Under the pieces are notes generated by a model that had not been told where the DNA came from, ran no database searches, and was given only the letters and a program-made list of their open reading frames with translations. From a virus, in the IMG/VR virus record IMGVR_UViG_3300013132_000048, positions 3,726-67,725 of that record: 64,000 nucleotides of DNA; one strand, 5' to 3'. Every line of letters starts with the position of its first letter. Position 1 is the first letter of the stretch. A program made the translations under genes and the position numbers. Positions 42,864-51,407 of the stretch are shown here, piece by piece.

Positions 42864-43361
42864 ATGTCAGATATTATCTTTGAAGCAAAACGTTTACAAA
42901 ATTTGGCGGGTCTTTTAATTGAAGAAACTCGAAATATTTCTTATACGGCAATTGTTTTATATAAAGATTCACATCTTAAATTAATTTCTTCTCTTGAAGA
43001 TTTAATTCCAAAAGATTGGAAAATTGTTGCTCATCATGTAACTATCAACATGAAATCATTTGCAGGAGATATAAAATTGCTAAACTCCAATCACCTAGTG
43101 GAAGTTAATTCATTTGTAATAAATGATAAAGTTTGTGCATGTGGAGTTAAAATAATAACTGGCATTATAAGTGAAAATGATAATCCGCACATAACATTGG
43201 CAATTAACAAAGCTGCTGATGCAAAAGCCAAAGATTCTAACAATAAAAAACTTTGGGAAAATGCAAAAACAATAAATTCTCTTATACTAGAAGGTAAATT
43301 AGTTGAAGTAGCTAAGGGAGAAAGTTTTTTTGCAGAAAATTATCCTACTGCTGAAACATGA
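42864..43361 (+). CDS. 2H phosphoesterase (cyclic phosphodiesterase-like)
   Basis: Two HxT motifs (HHVTI, PHITL) followed by AKDSN, as in tRNA-ligase CPD-type domains; preceded by a ~22 aa leader. Confidence 0.75.
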   Translation: MSDIIFEAKRLQNLAGLLIEETRNISYTAIVLYKDSHLKLISSLEDLIPKDWKIVAHHVTINMKSFAGDIKLLNSNHLVEVNSFVINDKVCACGVKIITGIISENDNPHITLAINKAADAKAKDSNNKKLWENAKTINSLILEGKLVEVAKGESFFAENYPTAET

Positions 43362-43370
43362 AAGGTAAAT

Positions 43371-44057
43371 ATGACAATAAGACTAATAGACCTAAGAGCC
43401 CAACAAACAAATCCATTTCCCAGAAAAAAGAGTTCTGATGGAAAGGTAATAAACACATCCAAGGTTGTCAAAGGTAAGACTTTGGTTCGTGATCCAAAAT
43501 CAATAACCGGTATTGGTATTCACCAAACAGCCTGCGTATTTGGACCATTAAATGATAGAGAAAAGGCTTATAAACGTGCTAGCGGTATACCAGCACATGT
43601 TACAGCCTTTAGAGATGGTGTATATGTAGCTGCGGCACCATTAGATTGGTTTCTATATCATGGAAATGAGCTTAACTCATTTAGTCTTGGATTAGAGTGC
43701 GAAGGACATTATCCAGGCTTACTAGACGACCCTAAGACGCCCATTAGAGAAGATATTAAGACAACCTGGGGCGGCACCCCAACACCATTAGATGATAAGG
43801 CTATAGAGACGTTTAGAGCCGCCCTTAAGTGGTTGGTAGATAATGGTAGAGCCGCCGGTATGCCAATAGAATATATCTGGGCACATAGACAATCAAATGG
43901 TCAAAAGCCTTCAGATCCTGGTATGGGTATATGGCAAAAGGTTGTATTGGAATATGGTGTTCCTGTATTGGGATTAAAGACACAACCAGAGAAGGCGTGG
44001 CGAGATGGTAAACCAATCCCAACAAATTGGGAAACTGGTGGTGTAGGCAAGTATTGA
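43371..44057 (+). CDS. N-acetylmuramoyl-L-alanine amidase (Amidase_2-type, candidate endolysin)
   Basis: GIGIHQTA, PAH, LYHGN...SLGLECEG and IWAHRQ...KPSDPG zinc-amidase motifs; AAGGT RBS. Confidence 0.85.
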   Translation: MTIRLIDLRAQQTNPFPRKKSSDGKVINTSKVVKGKTLVRDPKSITGIGIHQTACVFGPLNDREKAYKRASGIPAHVTAFRDGVYVAAAPLDWFLYHGNELNSFSLGLECEGHYPGLLDDPKTPIREDIKTTWGGTPTPLDDKAIETFRAALKWLVDNGRAAGMPIEYIWAHRQSNGQKPSDPGMGIWQKVVLEYGVPVLGLKTQPEKAWRDGKPIPTNWETGGVGKY

Positions 44058-44060
44058 TTT

Positions 44061-44390
44061 ATGGATCCAATAATATTTTTGGTTATTGCAAGTTATTTTA
44101 TAGTATTTTCAATGGGCTATATGATAGCTAAATCAAATAATCAATCTGTGTTAAATTTGAACAACGTTCAACAAGATAAACCCGTTAGCTTCTTGGCTAA
44201 AACTGTTAAAGAAGAAAAAACTGGAAATAAAAAAATAGAAATTAATGAACGGAAGTTTATAACTGAAATAAAAACTGATACTCTAGAGAAAAAGTTTAAT
44301 GAATTAGGTAAGAAAATTGTTGCACAAGATGAATCTTTAAGTGCAAATGTTTCAAAACTTGCTTCATTAAAAAAATCTAAAGAGGGTTGA
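44061..44390 (+). CDS. Small single-pass membrane protein
   Basis: N-terminal hydrophobic helix IIFLVIASYFIVFSMGYMIA, then a charged soluble tail ending in an amphipathic-looking helix. Confidence 0.7.
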   Translation: MDPIIFLVIASYFIVFSMGYMIAKSNNQSVLNLNNVQQDKPVSFLAKTVKEEKTGNKKIEINERKFITEIKTDTLEKKFNELGKKIVAQDESLSANVSKLASLKKSKEG

Positions 44391-44446
44391 ACGTGGGATT
44401 TAAAATACCAGAAATAGAAGAAAAGAAACAAAAGAGGAGTAAAAAA

Positions 44447-45460
44447 ATGGCTAAGTTAGGTAAAGGCTTAGATGTTGGTACATCATTCGTTGTATTAGCA
44501 TCTGAACATGATAAAGGTGCAGTAGAATATAAAGATTTTCGTGATGCATTCTATGTAATCAAACCAGCAACTCCAATCGCTGCAAAGATGATTGAAAAGG
44601 GTCTTGCTGGTAAAACATTTGTAAAAGATGCAGATGGAACCTTTGTTATTCTTGGTAAAGATGCTATTGAAAAGGCTGTAGAACGTAATGATAGCGCAAA
44701 GCGTCCTATGTTCCGTGGCGTAGTATCATCTAAAGAAAAGGATGCTCGTAGAGTCCTTTCCTATATCCTTAAGGAAGTAGCAGGCGAACCAGCAGAACAA
44801 GGCGAAAAACTTGTATTCTGTATTCCAGCCCAGCCTATCGATCAAGAAGATGAAGAGTTTGACGTTGGATATCATGAAGACGTTGTAAAGAAAGTTCTTT
44901 CTGATCTCGGGTATGCTCCAAGAGCTATCAATGAGGCAGAAGCACTTTGTTATTCAGAGCTTGAAAAAGATGATTATACCGGCGTTGCCTTGTCATGGGG
45001 TGCTGGTATGGTTAACGTCTGCGTAATGCTTAACGGCGAACCTGTACTAACATTCTCTACTACCAAGAGTGGTGACTGGATTGATCGTATGGCTGCTGTT
45101 GCTACTGGACAAACAGATAGCGTAGTTCAAGCTGAGAAAGAGGGCGGCGTATTTACAATTGGAGAACCTAATGATAATCAGGTTCTTGCTGCTGTATCTT
45201 CGTATTACGAACGTCTTATTGATTATACCACAAAGCAGTTAGCGGCAGCTCTTGCAGATCATAAGGATCTTCCAAAGTTTAAGGATCCTCTACCAGTAGT
45301 AGTAGGAGGAGGAACTACCCAGGCTAAAGGCTTTGTTCCTGTCTTTGCAAAGAAGCTAGAAGAGAATGGTTTTCCAGTTGCCGTCAAAGAAGTAAGACAC
45401 GCTTCTGATCCCCTTCACGCTGTTGCTAGGGGATGCCTTATTGCTAGTCAAATACTTTGA
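44447..45460 (+). CDS. Actin-like ATPase (volactin-like family)
   Basis: Start ATG 44447 with strong GAGGAG RBS (44434-44439). Phosphate-1 GLDVGTS, connect-1 INEAEA, phosphate-2 SWGAGMVN, GDWID, adenosine VVGGGT and connect-2 AVARG. Confidence 0.88.
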   Translation: MAKLGKGLDVGTSFVVLASEHDKGAVEYKDFRDAFYVIKPATPIAAKMIEKGLAGKTFVKDADGTFVILGKDAIEKAVERNDSAKRPMFRGVVSSKEKDARRVLSYILKEVAGEPAEQGEKLVFCIPAQPIDQEDEEFDVGYHEDVVKKVLSDLGYAPRAINEAEALCYSELEKDDYTGVALSWGAGMVNVCVMLNGEPVLTFSTTKSGDWIDRMAAVATGQTDSVVQAEKEGGVFTIGEPNDNQVLAAVSSYYERLIDYTTKQLAAALADHKDLPKFKDPLPVVVGGGTTQAKGFVPVFAKKLEENGFPVAVKEVRHASDPLHAVARGCLIASQIL

Positions 45461-45480
45461 CATAATCTAATGTATGAAAT

Positions 45481-45506
45481 AAAGGACTGCGAAAGCAGTC
45501 CTTTTT
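45481..45506 (+). terminator. Intrinsic terminator closing the actin-like gene unit
   Basis: Perfect 10-bp stem AAAGGACTGC-GAAA-GCAGTCCTTT with a GNRA loop and T-run. Confidence 0.88.
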
Positions 45507-45518
45507 CATTTGTAGAAA

Positions 45519-45525
45519 ATATTTA
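45519..45525 (+). promoter_or_regulatory. Candidate phage late-promoter motif ATAnTTA
   Basis: ATATTTA directly after the terminator and 6 nt before ATG 45532; the same motif recurs before several structural genes. Confidence 0.35.
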
Positions 45526-45531
45526 TTGGAC

Positions 45532-46569
45532 ATGAACAAAGATTCTTTAAAAGAAATTGTTAAAGAGATGATTGTCAAAGAGTTTATGGCAATTAGCATG
45601 GGCGGAGGAAGTTTAGTTCCTTCTGGACAAATCGCAGGAGGACCAGCTTTACCTATTGGCATGGGAGTTACAATTCCAAAAGATATTACACCTCCTGCTG
45701 GTAGAAGAAAGAAAAGAAGAAAGAAAAGAAAACTTAATGAAGCTAATTCTGTTATTGGAATGAATTTGGCAGCATGGGGAGTGGACACTCCTGAACAATT
45801 GTTTGGAAGTAATTTTTATACGGATCCAGATACAGAAATGTATTCAGATAATGATGAGACTAATATTCCAAATAATAAACCTGCAAAAAAAAGCAATGCA
45901 CATAAACTAAATCCAAATAAAGATAGATTATCTTCCAAAAAGAATAGTATAAATTCAGACAAAGAAAGTAAAATACTAAAAACAAGTTCTGAAAAACCTT
46001 TAAAATTAAAAAGCAATAATCCATTTCATAAATTAATGTGGGCTGGCGATGCACCTATCCCAAATATTTTAAAAGTAAAATATGTTATATTAGAGAATAC
46101 TATAAAAGAAAATGAACAATATTTTGGTACTTCTGGCAATAATCAAGCTATATGTCATCTAGACAAAAATATTTCCGAGCAAGTAAAAGATGCATTGACT
46201 AATTTCCTGCAATTCTGTCAAGCAATGTTAGGCATCAAGATATTCCCAGAAATCTATATTCTATCTGAAAGAATGCCTGGAATGACAACAGGTGCATATC
46301 TTCCAAGTAAAAGAATAGTTTTGGCTCTAGCTGAAAATAGATTGATGATTGATGTATTTAGAACAATTGCTCATGAATTAACTCATTGTAAGCAGCATGA
46401 ACGTGGAGAATTAGATAATTTACCTGAACGTAAAGGTGAAGATGACATGAGTGATGTTAATACGCCATATGAAAATGAAGCTTATATGAATTCAGGAAAT
46501 TTCTCAAAAGCTTGGGCAAGACTTTATAAAAACATGACAAGAGATGAAATATTTTCCGCCACAATGTGA
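45532..46569 (+). CDS. Multi-segment protein with C-terminal zincin (HExxH) domain; candidate internal virion protein
   Basis: Start ATG 45532. LKEIVKEMIVKE leader, low-complexity middle, C-terminal IAHELTHCKQ...YENEAY. Confidence 0.65.
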   Translation: MNKDSLKEIVKEMIVKEFMAISMGGGSLVPSGQIAGGPALPIGMGVTIPKDITPPAGRRKKRRKKRKLNEANSVIGMNLAAWGVDTPEQLFGSNFYTDPDTEMYSDNDETNIPNNKPAKKSNAHKLNPNKDRLSSKKNSINSDKESKILKTSSEKPLKLKSNNPFHKLMWAGDAPIPNILKVKYVILENTIKENEQYFGTSGNNQAICHLDKNISEQVKDALTNFLQFCQAMLGIKIFPEIYILSERMPGMTTGAYLPSKRIVLALAENRLMIDVFRTIAHELTHCKQHERGELDNLPERKGEDDMSDVNTPYENEAYMNSGNFSKAWARLYKNMTRDEIFSATM

Positions 46570-46626
46570 ATTATGAAATAATAAAACTTTATCCATATAT
46601 TTATGAATATGGAGTAAAAAATATAA

Positions 46627-47403
46627 ATGAGATTTATTGTTGATTTATCATTAAGATTACTGACACTCGTTTATATCACGTTTTTAGCCTCCTGCAATCA
46701 AAATCAAAGAACTCTAAACCATATTGGTACCCCGGAGTTAAACCTTGCTTTAGAATCTACAATAGCTTTTATTGCAGAAAGAAATTCTTCAGATATAAGA
46801 AGGACCGTTGATATTACTTGTTCTGGATTTTTCATCGATGAACGACTTATTTTAAGTGCTTTACACTGTTTTCAAAGTACAAGAGTCTTTATTCTTCCTA
46901 CTGGAGAATTGGTACAGATACCAACAATCTTAGATCCTACGGGAAGAGAATTTCAATTTGTTTATCGGAATCAAATTGATCAAAGTTCTCTTATCATTCT
47001 TAATGAAGAAATTAATATTGCAAGTGTTGTTGCGGTTGATTTAGAAATGGATTTAGCGTTATTATCTCTTACAGAAAACACAAGATCTAGCAATGCATAT
47101 TTATCGGTTTCTGATTTTGAACCACAGATAGTAGATACTGTGTATACAATAGGACATCCAATTGAGTTAGCTTGGTCTATTTCCAATGGAATTATTTCTA
47201 GAATATTGTCAGATAGAAATGTAATACAAACAAATATTACAATTGTTGGTGGATATTCTGGTGGTCCGTTACTAAATATTAGAGGCGAAGTTATTGGCGT
47301 TGCTGATTCTTATATCAGAAATGTCTCACAAGTTTCTTTCTTTATCAGCAGGCAAAGAATTCAAAATTTCTTACAAAGTTATCGTTCACATGCATCAAGA
47401 TAA
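46627..47403 (+). CDS. Trypsin-like (S1) serine protease, predicted lipoprotein
   Basis: Triad motifs SALHC, DLALL and GYSGGPL; hydrophobic signal ending in lipobox LAS-C; GGAG RBS. Confidence 0.85.
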   Translation: MRFIVDLSLRLLTLVYITFLASCNQNQRTLNHIGTPELNLALESTIAFIAERNSSDIRRTVDITCSGFFIDERLILSALHCFQSTRVFILPTGELVQIPTILDPTGREFQFVYRNQIDQSSLIILNEEINIASVVAVDLEMDLALLSLTENTRSSNAYLSVSDFEPQIVDTVYTIGHPIELAWSISNGIISRILSDRNVIQTNITIVGGYSGGPLLNIRGEVIGVADSYIRNVSQVSFFISRQRIQNFLQSYRSHASR

Positions 47404-47635
47404 AAAAATATTGAAAGAATTCATTAGATTGATTATAGAGAATGTTTTGGACAAGATGGGTGCCCAACATGTTAGCTCTTCTATTCGTGGCTCCTGGTTC
47501 CCTGTATACGCTTACAGAGGGGATCCCGGAGTTGCCCGCCATCGAGAAGTCATGAGAAAAGTAAGAAAAAATTTACAAAGAAAAGCTTATTCTCACGATC
47601 CTCCAAGAATGGGATTAACTGATATAAAAGAATAA
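47390..47635 (+). CDS. Small hypothetical protein with ILKEFIRLIIE leader
   Basis: Start moved to ATG 47390 (MHQDKKILKEFIRLIIENVL), overlapping the protease stop by 14 nt. Confidence 0.55.
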   Translation: MHQDKKILKEFIRLIIENVLDKMGAQHVSSSIRGSWFPVYAYRGDPGVARHREVMRKVRKNLQRKAYSHDPPRMGLTDIKE

Positions 47636-47642
47636 TATATCG

Positions 47643-47651
47643 TGTTATCAT
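47643..47651 (+). promoter_or_regulatory. Candidate extended -10 promoter giving a leaderless mRNA
   Basis: TGTTATCAT ends 6 nt before ATG 47658; no SD sequence present. Confidence 0.4.
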
Positions 47652-47657
47652 AGTTGC

Positions 47658-48008
47658 ATGATAAATTGGGTAAAAAACTTCTTTTCCAGTAAACCTATAA
47701 CTAAAGAAAAAAGTTTAAAAACTATTGCAAAAATTGCAAAAGATTTAGTTGTAGGCGATGATATTATAGTCTTTTTTAAAGACCCAAATAGAATTTTTTC
47801 TCCTCATCCACCAGCAAGATGGAATTTAAGTGAAGAAGAAAACAAATCTGGAAAATTAAAAGGTACAGTTACTTTAATATTAGAAGAATCAAATACTGTG
47901 ACCGGTTTAGAATTATCCTGTATTTGCATTAGCAAAAATCAAAATAAATGGAGAAGTACTGTATTTTTCTTAGATGAAATACAAGATATTGAAGTGTTGA
48001 AAGCATAA
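47658..48008 (+). CDS. Hypothetical protein
   Basis: 116 aa ORF with no recognisable motif. Confidence 0.55.
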   Translation: MINWVKNFFSSKPITKEKSLKTIAKIAKDLVVGDDIIVFFKDPNRIFSPHPPARWNLSEEENKSGKLKGTVTLILEESNTVTGLELSCICISKNQNKWRSTVFFLDEIQDIEVLKA

Positions 48009-48017
48009 GGATATAAT

Positions 48018-48275
48018 ATGAAGACATTACACATTCACGCTCAATATGATCAGCACCTTGAAGCACGCATCTCTGGAACTAGAGAAGCCTTAGAGGCACT
48101 CCAGAAAGCCATTAATCAACTTATATCTTCTGACAAATCAGAGAAAGAAGTTATTATTGAAATGGAATGTCGTGATGGCGAATCATATGAACTTACGTTG
48201 CAAATGAAATCAGATTTAGAAAGTGATAATCTCCCTTATATTTCATGGGGGAAATGGGATGGAGAAAGCGTATGA
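48018..48275 (+). CDS. Hypothetical protein
   Basis: 85 aa ORF with AAGGA RBS; ISGTREALEALQKAI...DGESYEL segment. Confidence 0.6.
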   Translation: MKTLHIHAQYDQHLEARISGTREALEALQKAINQLISSDKSEKEVIIEMECRDGESYELTLQMKSDLESDNLPYISWGKWDGESV

Positions 48276-50035
48276 AAGAAAAACATCAAAACAAAGTAGA
48301 ACTCCTAGGACATTATGGAGGGGATTTAAGTCATGCTCAATCAGCTTGGACAAGCACCGTTAGAAATATTGATGAAGCCAAGATGAATAGAATGCCGGCT
48401 CTATTAAAAATGCTTGCAGAAAATCATCACGAAACTCCATTTGAGAAATCCAGCCTTCATTTCCTCGTAACAACCGAGGTTGCATCGCATGTGCAAATTC
48501 TAAAACATAGAATTGGCGTATCTTGTCTTGCCGGGGATACTAAGATTTATATTCCCGTTCCTGGTGGTGGAGTAAAGAAAATAACATTGGAAGAACTTTA
48601 TGAGCGTCAAGAAGGCGGTATCTTGTCTAAAAGCAAGAACCAAAAGTCGTACAAAAGGCATGACCCAAGAAAACTTTCCGTTCGCACAAGAGAAGACGGA
48701 TCATCCTTGGTTACTAAATCAAAAATAAATAAAGTCTTTTATAATGGAATGCGAGACGTATTCGAATTTACTACCTCAAGCGGAAAGTCAATAAGAGCCA
48801 CATTCGATCATAAATTTGCCACTCCTGATGGGTGGCAAGAGATTGGTAAATATCTAGGCGTTGAACTAACGGGAAGTTTGGCTACGATGAAGCATCCCGG
48901 ACCAGTAGCTACTAATGGAGTTAGAATAGAAGTTCCGGAGTATCCTTATACGTTCAGAAGCTGGTGGGAACAGTATGAAAACAAATATACTAGAATGGAA
49001 GTTGCATCATTAACTGGTATGTCATATCCTAATGTTAAAAAGTGGGGTTATATCTTTAACATTACATTCAAACTCGACAACAATAAGGATTTCAAGAAAG
49101 ACATGATTCCTTGGAACTATAAAAAAACTGGCTATACAGTTAACAGGAAAAAGCATGGTTTGAGTTCAAATATCAACAAAAACCTTTCATATAAGTCTTG
49201 GCGTGCTAGTGTAGGAAATTGGACACGCCAGCAACTTCCTACTCTGTTAGAGAAATTTCATCATACATGTCAAGCACAGCTAGGAGAATGTTCAAGAGAC
49301 TTTGTGTGTCATCACGTAGTTCCGGTTTCGGTTGATCCATCAATAGCAACAAACATAGAAAATCTAGCTTTGGTATGCTCTTCTTGTCATAAATTTATTC
49401 ATAAAACAACAGCCAACGAAATATCATATGCCGAATCTTTCCGGAAACAGGATATGAAAACAGTATTTTCTAATCGAAAGCCTAAGACCGGTCGAAAGCT
49501 AGCTTTCGACTATGAAGATATTATCAAAGTTAAATACTGCGGTTTACAGAAAGTATATGACTTGGAAGTTGATAAAACCCATTGTTACGTTGCCAATGGT
49601 TTTCTTGTACATAACTGTAATGGCGAAAGCGCACGCTATAAGGAGCTTAAAGACGACAAATACTACGTCCCCCAGGATTGGGACGACCAGGAAGTAAACC
49701 TTTATATAGAGCATATGGAGGGCAGTCTTAAGAGCTACCATGAGTGTCTAAATCGTCTTGTAGCCAAGGGTGTCTCTCGCAAGAGAGCCAAAGAGAGTGC
49801 AAGACTATATTTGCCATATGGTAATCAATTAACGGCTGATGTTATGTTTAACTTCCGTTCATTTGCTCATTTCCTTGGGTTAAGATATTCTACTCATGCT
49901 CAAGTTGAGATTAGGGAGATCGCCAGACAGATGCTTGAACAGGTGGTTAATATAGAAGGGGATCCTTTCCATCATACGCTACGTGCATTTAAGTTAGTAG
50001 ATGAAAATGGTAAGATAAGAGAACCTTTTGAATGA
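48272..50035 (+). CDS. thyX: Flavin-dependent thymidylate synthase with intein
   Basis: Start ATG 48272 (GGAG RBS, ATGA overlap). HETPFE, QILKHRIGVS|CNGESARY, ESARLYLP, NFRSFAHFLGLR and HAQVEIR motifs. Confidence 0.92.
   Translation: MKEKHQNKVELLGHYGGDLSHAQSAWTSTVRNIDEAKMNRMPALLKMLAENHHETPFEKSSLHFLVTTEVASHVQILKHRIGVSCLAGDTKIYIPVPGGGVKKITLEELYERQEGGILSKSKNQKSYKRHDPRKLSVRTREDGSSLVTKSKINKVFYNGMRDVFEFTTSSGKSIRATFDHKFATPDGWQEIGKYLGVELTGSLATMKHPGPVATNGVRIEVPEYPYTFRSWWEQYENKYTRMEVASLTGMSYPNVKKWGYIFNITFKLDNNKDFKKDMIPWNYKKTGYTVNRKKHGLSSNINKNLSYKSWRASVGNWTRQQLPTLLEKFHHTCQAQLGECSRDFVCHHVVPVSVDPSIATNIENLALVCSSCHKFIHKTTANEISYAESFRKQDMKTVFSNRKPKTGRKLAFDYEDIIKVKYCGLQKVYDLEVDKTHCYVANGFLVHNCNGESARYKELKDDKYYVPQDWDDQEVNLYIEHMEGSLKSYHECLNRLVAKGVSRKRAKESARLYLPYGNQLTADVMFNFRSFAHFLGLRYSTHAQVEIREIARQMLEQVVNIEGDPFHHTLRAFKLVDENGKIREPFE
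48524..49615 (+). mobile_element. Intein in ThyX (364 aa) carrying an HNH endonuclease
   Basis: Begins CLAGDT, block B ATFDHKF, HNH CQAQLGEC...HHVVP...NIENLALVCSSCHKFIH, ends VYDLEV...FLVHN followed by +1 Cys. Confidence 0.92.
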
Positions 50036-50039
50036 TATA

Positions 50040-50306
50040 TCAGAGCATTTCACGCCAAGATATAGAAGCAAAGTAATCAACGTTTGAGCCACCACTATCA
50101 ATACGGGTAACAGCTAATACAACTTGGTCTAGAGTATTACTAACGTCAGCAGACATAACAAGAAGAGATGTTAAATCTCCGGCAGTTGTTGTAGTAACTG
50201 TATTTCCTTGTCCCACAACATAACCGCTTTTTATTACTGTACCGCCAGATACAGTATTTGTTCTGCCACCCTCAACTCCTGTATCTATTGGTATATTAAA
50301 TGCCAT
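50040..50306 (-). CDS. Small beta-rich protein, possibly a C-terminal fragment of a virion protein
   Basis: Likely start ATG 50306 (MAFNIPID). Gly/Thr/Val rich, ends DQVVLAVTR...YFASISWREML; ATATTTA motif upstream on the minus strand. Confidence 0.45.
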   Translation of the reverse strand: MAFNIPIDTGVEGGRTNTVSGGTVIKSGYVVGQGNTVTTTTAGDLTSLLVMSADVSNTLDQVVLAVTRIDSGGSNVDYFASISWREML

Positions 50307-50380
50307 ATATGTTCCAGAATTATATATTATAAATATATTCACAAAAGAGATAAGATAGTTCTAATCATAAAGAGGAAAGA

Positions 50381-50473
50381 ATGGGAAAATATAAAGAACT
50401 TGCAGAACAGATTGGAAATCTTGTAGACCAAAAAAATGCAGCATGTTATGTTTGTTTTGTAAAGCTACAGTAA
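50381..50473 (+). pseudogene. Truncated 5' copy of the DUF1599-like gene
   Basis: GAGG RBS + ATG 50381 gives MGKYKELAEQIGNLVDQKNAA-CYVCFVKLQ*. The first 21 aa align with MKNYQELAKDVADLVTEKQKA of the 51052 gene. Confidence 0.7.
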
Positions 50474-50482
50474 ATTACTGAT

Positions 50483-51055
50483 ATGATTTGTATTAAATGT
50501 AATCTTGAAAAACCAAATAATGAATTCTGTAAAAAATGTTCAGCAAAATCTGGTTTCTCCAGTATTTGCAAACTTTGTCAAAGCATATATCACAAAAAAC
50601 GTTACAAAGACAATCGAAAACAAATAAGAGAGTATGCAAAATCTTATTATAAAGAGAATAAAGAGTTAATTTTACAAAAAGTCAAACGATATAGGGACCA
50701 ACCAGAAATAAAAGCTAAACGAAGAAAAAAAATAAAACAAGATAAATTGGAAAACGTTGCCATATATTTGTGGAAATATGCAAAAAGACGAGCAAAAGAA
50801 AAACAATTGCCGGTCACACTTGTATTAGAAGATATAAAAGTCCCAGAATATTGTCCAGTATTAGGTTTTAAACTTATACCAGGAGAAGGTAAAGTGCATG
50901 ATGCTTCCCCAACACTTGATAAGATAATACCATCATTAGGATATATACCAGGCAATATTATTGTAATGTCTAAAAAAGCAAATACTCTGAAAAGTAATGG
51001 AACTTTAGAAGAGCATAAAAAATTAGTAAAATGGATGGAAGAACAAAAATTATGA
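50483..51055 (+). mobile_element. Free-standing HNH-type homing endonuclease
   Basis: N-terminal CIKC...CKLC, basic helical linker, C-terminal CPVLG...TLDKIIPSLGYIPGNIIVMSKKANTLK. Confidence 0.8.
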
Positions 51056-51348
51056 AAAATTATCAGGAATTAGCAAAAGATGTTGCAGATTTAGTAACAG
51101 AAAAACAAAAAGCTTATGGAAATTCTTTCGATCAGGCTGGAGACTTCTTGAAATTATTATATCCGAATGGAATTCCAGTAGACTCTTATACGGATGCTTT
51201 ATGCATAGTTCGTATTTTTGACAAGCTTAAAAGATTAGGAAATTCAAGTAATCTACCTGTTAATGAAGGTAAAATAGATGCTTGGAAAGATATTGTAGGA
51301 TATGGTTTACTTGGATTACACAAAGACTCTACGCCAAAAAAAGAATGA
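51052..51348 (+). CDS. DUF1599-like (nucleotide-modification-associated) protein
   Basis: Start ATG 51052 (ATGA overlap). KQKAYGNSF...RIFDKLKR...DAWKDIVGYGLL pattern. Confidence 0.65.
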   Translation: MKNYQELAKDVADLVTEKQKAYGNSFDQAGDFLKLLYPNGIPVDSYTDALCIVRIFDKLKRLGNSSNLPVNEGKIDAWKDIVGYGLLGLHKDSTPKKE

Positions 51349-51407
51349 CGTATATTTTCTACATACTGTTTGATATTATAGATTAAACATCTAACGAAAG
51401 AAAACAA

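Noticed and set aside
44387-44446. Longer ORF-track starts (44387, also 11265, 22599, 38844, 45526, 47294, 48245, 50342, 51031)
   Set aside because: Downstream starts have better SD or coupling and remove overlaps or non-conserved-looking extensions.
50444-51114. Group I intron joining the stub KNAA to YGNSF
   Set aside because: The interval is almost entirely HNH ORF plus a complete alternative N-terminus, leaving no room for a ribozyme core.
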